A stretch of DNA of 60,577 bases from Candidatus Micrarchaeota archaeon (GTDB lineage: Archaea; Micrarchaeota; Micrarchaeia; Micrarchaeales; CABMGC01): positions 1-60,577 of the forward strand of contig JAGWGW010000006.1 in the NCBI GenBank assembly GCA_028867135.1. Reading direction: 5' to 3'. The position numbers and the translations under genes were made by a program. Below, in pieces: positions 37,908 to 45,038 of the stretch; the first letter of the stretch is position 1; each line of letters begins with the position of its first letter. A model generated the notes under the pieces. That model was not told the DNA's origin. It ran no database searches and saw only the letters and a program-made list of their open reading frames with translations.

Positions 37908-38768
37908 TTACTCTATCTTCTTAAATAGAAGATAATAAACCCAGAATAGAATTAGATTGATTATTATTAGATATATACTTAGTTTAAAGTATATACGCAC
38001 GCTGGAATTTATCAAAACTGGTAAATTAACCACATACGAGTATAAACCCGTTGAATTAAGCCAAGCAGAACCAACTTTCATGTTTAATACATAGTTTTGA
38101 CCATTTATGATATTGGCATTTTGTTCCTGTTGCTGTGCTAATGTAATATATTGTGTCCAATTTGAATGGATTATAGTATTATTATCTGTTGTGAGGAAGG
38201 TATTAATTGCTCTATATATACCTTGATAAATGCCTGCTACTGACAATGTATGTAATATTCCGATAAAGAGCAGAATTAATGGTGTTATCATTAAAAAGAT
38301 TACCAAATATCTAAGCCAATTATATCCATTTGAAGAACGCATTTTCTTAATTTCATCCTTAAAAAGTTTCAGAAATTCAACAAATACAAGAGAGTATAAA
38401 CCCATCAAGGTTGCAGATATAGCCAAATAAGTTTCTAAAAATTGATTAAAATAAGTTGTTAGGTAAGGCAAAGCTAAAGATGTCAGATACTGTATATGGT
38501 TGGGTTCGCAAGAATTAAAATTAAGCGGAGCAGAACCTGTAAAGTTTGCAGAGCTGGTTACAATGCCATTCACAGCAATTGAATTAGGTAAGTAAATGGT
38601 AGAAAACTTGCAATTAGAGAATGTAATACCTGCATAGATATTAGAAAAAGCCTGTGTTGTCGAGTTGGTTGATAGAATATAATTAGACCATGATAGTAAT
38701 GTTATTGCAAGAATTATTACTAATCCGATAAATAGGTACAGCCATCCGTTTACAGCCATAGATGCCAT
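37908..38768 (-). CDS. hypothetical polytopic membrane protein in AT-rich island
   Basis: 286-aa ORF, GC about 30%. Segmental resemblance to the 477..1187 protein (FKKDxxKxxR…W…LxxIxxF). Confidence 0.45.
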   Translation of the reverse strand: MASMAVNGWLYLFIGLVIILAITLLSWSNYILSTNSTTQAFSNIYAGITFSNCKFSTIYLPNSIAVNGIVTSSANFTGSAPLNFNSCEPNHIQYLTSLALPYLTTYFNQFLETYLAISATLMGLYSLVFVEFLKLFKDEIKKMRSSNGYNWLRYLVIFLMITPLILLFIGILHTLSVAGIYQGIYRAINTFLTTDNNTIIHSNWTQYITLAQQQEQNANIINGQNYVLNMKVGSAWLNSTGLYSYVVNLPVLINSSVRIYFKLSIYLIIINLILFWVYYLLFKKIE

Positions 38769-38822
38769 ACTACATAAAAGCCTTTAAACTTAATCTATAA
38801 GTGCTTCAATAAACTCATCCAT

Positions 38823-39158
38823 CTATTCCTTCCGTTTCCTATGCTTATCCTCGGCCATCTCCGATGGCGTAAGACCATTAAAGCTTGTGTGTGGCCTTAC
38901 GAAGTGTAATAGGTCTGCGTTATTATTTTCCATAGTTATTCCTTTGTTTTGAAAATTTCCCCCAATTTCCATTCTCACATTATTTGAAGATATTATTGCC
39001 TTTTCACCTACCACAACCCTCGCACCATTGGAACCTACATTTTTCAGCGGTTCACCACATTTATCGCACCGTATAATTCCAGTCGAGTATACTGCAAAAG
39101 CTACACCATCATCATGTCCACATCTACTACAAACAGTCATATCTATTCCTCTTTCCAA
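38823..39158 (-). pseudogene. zinc-ribbon protein gene fused to an IS transposase 3'-end remnant
   Basis: N-terminus CSRCG…CDKCG. C-terminus …HFVRPHTSFNGLTPSEMA is encoded by a roughly 50-nt sequence (38846..38898) nearly identical to the reverse complement of 360..413. Confidence 0.45.
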
Positions 39159-39176
39159 CCTTGTGCTTCTATCTCA

Positions 39177-39335
39177 TCATGGTAATATATGTGGTAATTT
39201 GCCTGTGAATATGAATATTAATAAGAACACTCCCAAAATTATCCAGACTAAAAGAAAAACCCAGAAAGTCATACCCATATCTATTTCAACTTTTAACTTT
39301 TGAATGTCATTTCCTTTCTCTACCACATTATCCAT
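39177..39335 (-). CDS. small single-TM protein (52 aa)
   Basis: Unlisted ORF MDNVVEKGNDIQKLKVEIDMGMTFWVFLLVWIILGVFLLIFIFTGKLPHILP. Preceded by the same roughly 30-nt leader as the zinc-ribbon gene. Confidence 0.3.
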   Translation of the reverse strand: MDNVVEKGNDIQKLKVEIDMGMTFWVFLLVWIILGVFLLIFIFTGKLPHILP

Positions 39336-39449
39336 CCTTCCAATCCTGTGCCTCTATCTCCTCATCTAACTTCCTCTGCAGAAGGTCGATAGGTTTCATA
39401 TTTCTATAGACTACATCATATTATATAATGCTTCACTGGTGAGTTATAT

Positions 39450-39745
39450 AGCGCAGCAGGAAGGCGGGAAGCTAGGGGTTTCCCCCACCACAAATCCCCT
39501 TCAGGTGGGCCACATGCCTGCAGAGTAGTTTGCAAAGAATATGGGACCCATGCCGAAGCGTTGAGGCTCTGCCTCCAGTGGTAGTTCTGTGTATGAAACG
39601 GGCCAGGCCGGAAGGAGCAACCCTAAGTATATGGCAACATGACTAAGAGCATTTGCGTACAAAGATCTATGCTTTGGAGATACAGAACCGAGCAGAGGCA
39701 TGACAATCCCATACTCTTTCATGCTGCAATGCAGGCCAATGCTGC
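39450..39745 (+). ncRNA. signal recognition particle RNA (7S/SRP RNA)
   Basis: Conserved helix-8 motif GGGCCAGGCCGGAAGGAGCAACC at about 39602..39624. GC-rich structured region with an AT-rich TATA (atattatataa) roughly 25 nt upstream. Immediately followed by tRNA-Ser. Ends are approximate. Confidence 0.55.
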
Positions 39746-39749
39746 ACAT

Positions 39750-39833
39750 GCCGGGTTCGCCTAGAGGTATGGCGGTGGATTGCTAATCCACTTGGTCGAA
39801 AGACCTTCACGAGTTCGATTCTCGTACCCGGCG
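39750..39833 (+). tRNA. tRNA-Ser (anticodon GCU)
   Basis: Acceptor GCCGGGT/ACCCGGC. Anticodon stem-loop GTGGA-TTGCTAA-TCCAC. Long variable arm. T-arm ACGAG-TTCGATT-CTCGT. Confidence 0.8.
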
Positions 39834-40114
39834 TTCATCCTATCCTTATCTTGCAAACCGACCTGTGGGAAGCGTTGAAGCGGAACTATACAAACTAACG
39901 AAGCGCGGTAAATCTCTATATTCACAGATACTAAAGAAACTTAAGAAGATCCGCATAATCCCGGTAAATGGATGCACGGCGCTTATCCTGGAGTTAAGGA
40001 AATCCACCTTATGCACGTCCATCTCGTGCTCATGTTCGGGATTGATGGGCAAGAGAAGGTGGTGTCCATAGCCAACTTTGAACACCATCCGGAATCGCAT
40101 GGTTATTAATTTGC

Positions 40115-40579
40115 TCAGCCGCCAGTAGGCAGGTACGCGCAGAAGCTTCCTATGCATCCCAGCTTGTCAGCCTTTATGTAGAAAGCCGTGAGCGAGCAGT
40201 CCTCATTCGCTACGAACGTGCCTGTTCTTCCGTTCACCGAGCAGCCGTTCGTGCCTATGTAGACATAGGTGTTGCTGCCGCTTCCAAGAGTGTACCTGAA
40301 CGAGAAGCTATGCCCTGTGCCGTTCGCAAACGAGAGCGCCAGCGGGAACGACGAATAACTGTAATTGCTGCCATCCACGCTCAGCACAGCAGAATCAGGG
40401 CTGACGTTCATCTGCTGCACTAGGAAGACGTAATGGTGCGAGGGGCTCGAAACAGTCGCTGCGTGGGCGATGCCCGGCTGCGAGAACACCTGCAGCTGCT
40501 TCGGCACCGCGAGGGACAGCATGGCCAGCGCGAAGACTATTGCTACAAACGCCGTAGCGTACCAAATACTCCTGACCAT
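40115..40579 (-). CDS. secreted/membrane-anchored hypothetical protein
   Basis: N-terminal TM or signal anchor. Ser/Thr-rich with N-x-S/T sites. Confidence 0.4.
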   Translation of the reverse strand: MVRSIWYATAFVAIVFALAMLSLAVPKQLQVFSQPGIAHAATVSSPSHHYVFLVQQMNVSPDSAVLSVDGSNYSYSSFPLALSFANGTGHSFSFRYTLGSGSNTYVYIGTNGCSVNGRTGTFVANEDCSLTAFYIKADKLGCIGSFCAYLPTGG

Positions 40580-40727
40580 TTCCCAACACCCAATTTTCTA
40601 GTGCGAAGAACGCTTAAAAACCTATTCTACAATTTCGGTTCCTGGCCGCTTTCCCTCGCTATCCTGCAGCGCAGCAAATCATGTATTTAAATTTGATCCC
40701 TTTCCAATATGTAGCGTAGGTTTTGAA

Positions 40728-41048
40728 ATGGACTTGAACGAGTATCAGAAGATGGCAAGGACGACTGCGATATACCCGAGCAGGCTTGACGGCGGCATGT
40801 TCTATCCCGCTCTCGGCCTTGCCGGAGAGGTCGGGGAGCTGCTCAACAAGATAAAGAAGGTAGGAAGGGATGGCAAGGTCCTTGACAAGGAGGAGATGGC
40901 CGGGGAGCTCGGAGACGTGCTGTGGTACGTGTCTCAGCTTGCGGCAGAGCTAGGGCTCGATATGGATTACATAGCGGAAAAGAACATCAAGAAGCTGAAG
41001 GACAGGATGGACAGGAACGCGCTAAAAGGCAGCGGCGACAACCGCTGA
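40728..41048 (+). CDS. MazG-like nucleotide pyrophosphohydrolase
   Basis: LNEYQKMARTT…AGEVGELLN…ELGDVLWYV…EKNIKKL (the EExxE/D all-alpha NTP-PPase pattern). Confidence 0.65.
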   Translation: MDLNEYQKMARTTAIYPSRLDGGMFYPALGLAGEVGELLNKIKKVGRDGKVLDKEEMAGELGDVLWYVSQLAAELGLDMDYIAEKNIKKLKDRMDRNALKGSGDNR

Positions 41049-41270
41049 TGGCTTACGCTAGCCATCAGTGATTGCCGATGCCTTCCCCACCCATTCCAAA
41101 CGGCGCATTGCCAAGAGCGCAATAGAGCACCTCAGCGCGCTTCCTTCCTAAGATACCGTTATGGCTTTTCTGGTATATATACCTTCTCGGTTTTCCATAA
41201 AAACGCAATCGACGATGGTGCATTCGCTTTATATATTTGAACAGCAAACATTACATTAGCGAGGGCAGAA

Positions 41271-41915
41271 TTGGTGCCATCAATGGACGAGGGTTATGTA
41301 AAATTCGTGCCGATTTGGACAGGGGGCAAGCCCCTCAGCGCCGAGAGGCTCAAGGAGCTGATACAGTGGCGCCAGAGGTTCTACGGCCTTGGACTGATAG
41401 GCATGTATGACGATGGCGTAGGATTCGGCAATATCAGCGAGAGACTTGAGAAGGAGTCGCAGCAGTTCATAATATCGGGAACTGCCACTGGCGGCGTAAA
41501 GCAGATAACGCCCAACGAATTCACGCTTATAACAAGATCAGACATGGGCATGAATACAGTATGGTGCACAGGCCCTGTCAACGCATCATCGGAAACGATG
41601 ACGCATGCGGCTGTCTACGACAGCGACAGCTCGATCAACGCGGTCATCCATGTGCACTCGCTGCCTTTCTGGAAAGGCATCCTCAACAATCTGCCTACGA
41701 CCTCCCCGAATGCCGCTTACGGGACCCCCGAAATGGCAAGGGAGATAATGAGGCTTTTCAAGGACGATAGGGCAATGGTATGGGACAAAAGGATAATAGC
41801 AATGGGAGGACACGAAAGCGGCATCCTCTCATTCGGCAGGTCGCTCGCAGACGCGGGCACCGTCCTTGCCAACGAATTCAACCGTTTCTCAAAAAGACAG
41901 AGAATCATCCATTGA
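41271..41915 (+). CDS. class II aldolase/adducin family protein (possibly MtnB-like)
   Basis: AVIHVHSLPF and GHESGILSFGRSLADA motifs. 214 aa. Confidence 0.45.
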   Translation: MVPSMDEGYVKFVPIWTGGKPLSAERLKELIQWRQRFYGLGLIGMYDDGVGFGNISERLEKESQQFIISGTATGGVKQITPNEFTLITRSDMGMNTVWCTGPVNASSETMTHAAVYDSDSSINAVIHVHSLPFWKGILNNLPTTSPNAAYGTPEMAREIMRLFKDDRAMVWDKRIIAMGGHESGILSFGRSLADAGTVLANEFNRFSKRQRIIH

Positions 41916-41992
41916 TTACTCTAGAGCTGAAAAACAAAAAGGAAAAGTAAATAAAAATAAAATAAATTCTGCCTATTCGCTATCTGTTCTGC

Positions 41993-42346
41993 TTATTCGC
42001 TTGAAGGCTGCTCTTCTGGTGCAGGCTCGGGTGCTGGTTCAGCAGCAGGTGCAGCAGATGACTCTCCAATGATTTCGCCTATGGCGAATCTTGTCCTTAC
42101 ATCTGTTATCCTTACTCTTACAGTCTGTCCCTGCTTTGCGTCCTTTACAAAGACCACAAAGCCGTCCTTCTTTGCTATGCCGTCCCCTTTTGAGGCTGTT
42201 GCCTCAATGGTTACGTCAATCTCGTCTCCGACCTTCACCGGCTTTGGCAGGAAGTAATTAGGGTTCAAGCCCCTTCCGCCTCCTCTGCTCCCGCCGCTTC
42301 TGTCGTCACGTCTGTCTCCTCTCATTCCTCCGAAATCTCTGGACAT
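41993..42346 (-). CDS. TRAM domain protein
   Basis: VKVGDEIDVTIEATASKGDGIAKKDGFVVFVKDAKQGQTVRVRI. N-terminal RGG-rich region, acidic Pro/Ala tail. Confidence 0.6.
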   Translation of the reverse strand: MSRDFGGMRGDRRDDRSGGSRGGGRGLNPNYFLPKPVKVGDEIDVTIEATASKGDGIAKKDGFVVFVKDAKQGQTVRVRITDVRTRFAIGEIIGESSAAPAAEPAPEPAPEEQPSSE

Positions 42347-42448
42347 TTTCTTTTTCCTCTGTAGAAAGAGCGCTCTGCGCTTTACTACTCTGCAATACTA
42401 ATGAATGTTTACCTTTATAAAACTATCGCTTTTTCCGTCGTCATAAGG

Positions 42449-43375
42449 CTATTCCTGCTGTCCCTCCTCCGCGTTTTCTCCCTTGCCCTTAGCGCCCTTG
42501 CCCATCTTCTTCCCTGTCAGGTCCTGGATGCCCAGGAGCCCGAGCGGGGTAGGCATGCTGAAGCCCTTGCTGTCCGTCGGTATGAATATTATCGGGTTGT
42601 TGCCGTTCAGGCTGATCTCGTACATCATGTCGAGCGCCCTCAGCTGCATGGCATACAGGTCCTTCTTGTACTTACCAGCAGCAACAAGCATCTTGTCCGC
42701 AGCGAGCACCTCGCTCTCCGCCAGTATGACCCTTGCGTCTTTCTCCCTTTCTGATGTAGCCACCCTCGCCATCGCGTCCTGGAGCTGCTGCGGTATCTTC
42801 ACATCTCGTATCTCAACGGATATCGCCTTGATGCCCCATTCGGAAACCCTATCCTGTATCAGGTCCTGTATGTCCTTGCCGATTATGTCCCTCCCGGCAA
42901 GCATTTGCGACAGCACGCTCTTGCCGATGACGTCTCTCATCGCGGTCTGCGCAGAGAGCTGTATCGAATCGTAGTATGACTGCACGTTGAGGGTCGCCTT
43001 CTCAGGGTCCTCGGTCTGCCAGAAGAGTATCGCATCAACATTCACAGGAACGTTGTCCTTCGTAAGGGTCTGCTCAGCGCTGAACGTTGTGCTTATGACC
43101 CTCAGGTCGACCGAGAAAGGAGTCGCGTCCACTATCGGTATTATTGTCTTGAATCCTGGGCCCAGTATTCCCTTGTATCTTCCAAGCCTGAGCACAGGCA
43201 TCCTGTTCCATTCCTTCACCACCCTTATCGACATTGCAAGCAGCACAAGGAAAGCGATCACAGCAGCGAGCAGCGCTGATCCAGCTCCTCCAGAGACGTC
43301 CGCAAGTATGCCGACTATAGCAGCTCCTACTATGTCAACTATTATTGCTATTCCGGAACCATTGTAGCTTTGCAT
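42449..43375 (-). CDS. SPFH/band-7 (stomatin/prohibitin) family protein
   Basis: N-terminal TM. SPFH-domain pattern with a coiled-coil tail. Start assigned at MQSYNG. Confidence 0.65.
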   Translation of the reverse strand: MQSYNGSGIAIIVDIVGAAIVGILADVSGGAGSALLAAVIAFLVLLAMSIRVVKEWNRMPVLRLGRYKGILGPGFKTIIPIVDATPFSVDLRVISTTFSAEQTLTKDNVPVNVDAILFWQTEDPEKATLNVQSYYDSIQLSAQTAMRDVIGKSVLSQMLAGRDIIGKDIQDLIQDRVSEWGIKAISVEIRDVKIPQQLQDAMARVATSEREKDARVILAESEVLAADKMLVAAGKYKKDLYAMQLRALDMMYEISLNGNNPIIFIPTDSKGFSMPTPLGLLGIQDLTGKKMGKGAKGKGENAEEGQQE

Positions 43376-43410
43376 AGAAATTGCCCCACAGATTACTGGC
43401 ACGATATCTA

Positions 43411-44076
43411 TTAAAGCCTGCGTTCAAGATCCCCGAGGCTGTCTACCGAATAATCCGGACCAACCTTTTCGAGAAGGCCCTTCGGGTCGAGGCCGTCGCA
43501 GACCGCGCACGAGTCTATGCCCGCAAACTTCGCAGTGAATATGTCGACAGCCATGTCGCCCACGTAAAGGCACCGTTTCTTGGATACGTCGAAATTGTCG
43601 ATCACCGTGTAAATGCCTGCCGGATCAGGCTTGAAGCTCTTTATCGAATCGGCGCTGAGAACGAAGTCTATGTACTTGACTGCATTTGTTTTCCTTGTTT
43701 CTATGTACAGCCTGTGCCTGTTCGAGTCGCTGAACACCGCGACCTTCTTCCTGTGCTTCTTCAGCGCCTTCAGCAGCTCCATCGCGCCAGGCTTAAGCTC
43801 CGCGCTGGAGAACCTCGAATATATGTCGTATATGAACGAATAGAGCTTGGCCCTGCCCTCCTTCCTCTTGACATCCTTCATCGAGCTTATGCTGTATAGG
43901 TCCTTGTGCTTCCTGATGTAGTCGACATTGTACCTTCTTTTCAGGAACCTCGTGACCCTTACAAGCGCGCTGCTTGTCGAGAGGGTGCCGTCCCAATCAA
44001 AGATGAAGAGGTCATATTTCTCGAGAAACATAAGGTTAATAATATTGCCAATAAATAAAAGCGTATGTGATGACAC
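43411..44076 (-). CDS. HAD-superfamily hydrolase
   Basis: FIFDWDGTL (DxDGT) motif. KKVAVFSDS. Confidence 0.5.
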   Translation of the reverse strand: MSSHTLLFIGNIINLMFLEKYDLFIFDWDGTLSTSSALVRVTRFLKRRYNVDYIRKHKDLYSISSMKDVKRKEGRAKLYSFIYDIYSRFSSAELKPGAMELLKALKKHRKKVAVFSDSNRHRLYIETRKTNAVKYIDFVLSADSIKSFKPDPAGIYTVIDNFDVSKKRCLYVGDMAVDIFTAKFAGIDSCAVCDGLDPKGLLEKVGPDYSVDSLGDLERRL

Positions 44077-44147
44077 AGGTGATCGCTGAGCTTAATCGCG
44101 ATGACGATCGGTAGGCAGTCTGATATAATTTCTATTCGTGGTTTTGG

Positions 44148-45038
44148 ATGATTGGCAGGCAAACTGCATTGGAGAGGCTGCACAAGAGCAGCATATCTGC
44201 CAAGGACATAGCTAACCAGTTCTGGTGCGAGAAGCAGATGGAGCTGTACTACACGAATGGGCAGAAGACCACGGCGCAGATGGACAGGGGAACGCAGCTG
44301 CACGAGACGCTGCAGGTGGAGGTCTTCGTGCCGCTCACAATAGAGCCGGCAAGCTACGCGGACAGGGTATACAAGACGGCTTACGAGAATGTCGCTGCAG
44401 TCAATACGCTTATGGAGAAGAGCCTTGCGAGGGAGCTGCGGGTCTACGGTTCCGTCAACGGCTACAGGCTCTCCGGGCAGATAGACGAGCTGCAGCTCAG
44501 GGAGGGCAAGGTCTGCATAATAGAGAACAAGACAACGGATGCGAGGAGAACGCTCACAAGCGCGTATGTGCTGCCCCACACCGTCCAGGTGATGCTGTAC
44601 AAGAAGACGCTGGACGAGATGAGGTCAGGAGCGTACACATACGATAATTACGCTGTGTCGAACAGGATCAAGGAGATGAAGATGTCTGAGCAGTTCATGA
44701 ACGGGCTCAGGGGCATGAACCTGAAGGACGAGTACATGAGCCTAGAGGGCATGCTCAAGAGGATGTTCGAGACAATGCGCGGCCTTCCCGAGATAAGCGA
44801 CTCCCTGGAGATACACTACATAGACAGGAACACCGGGAAGGTGGGCAACGAGCTCAGGGTCATGTACGACAAGCAGCTGCTCGGCATGCAGCTGGTGGAC
44901 GCGCTCAAGTACTGGAACGGGGAGAGGGAGGCAAGGCCGGTTCCTGAGGAAGACGCATGGAAGTGCAGGATATGCAGGTTCTTCGGAAAGGAGTGCACGG
45001 TATGGTACAACAAGGGATCAAATGCTAGCGCCAGGTAG
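44148..45038 (+). CDS. Cas4-like PD-(D/E)xK nuclease with Fe-S cysteine cluster (stand-alone)
   Basis: N-terminal FWCEKQ. Catalytic-like GQIDEL…IIENKT. C-terminal WKCRICRFFGKEC three-Cys cluster. No cas genes or CRISPR nearby. Confidence 0.45.
   Translation: MIGRQTALERLHKSSISAKDIANQFWCEKQMELYYTNGQKTTAQMDRGTQLHETLQVEVFVPLTIEPASYADRVYKTAYENVAAVNTLMEKSLARELRVYGSVNGYRLSGQIDELQLREGKVCIIENKTTDARRTLTSAYVLPHTVQVMLYKKTLDEMRSGAYTYDNYAVSNRIKEMKMSEQFMNGLRGMNLKDEYMSLEGMLKRMFETMRGLPEISDSLEIHYIDRNTGKVGNELRVMYDKQLLGMQLVDALKYWNGEREARPVPEEDAWKCRICRFFGKECTVWYNKGSNASAR

Noticed and set aside
39028-39303. 91-aa plus-strand ORF in AT-rich spacer
   Set aside because: The opposite strand has a more plausible 52-aa TM peptide with a duplicated leader. 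The plus ORF is low complexity.
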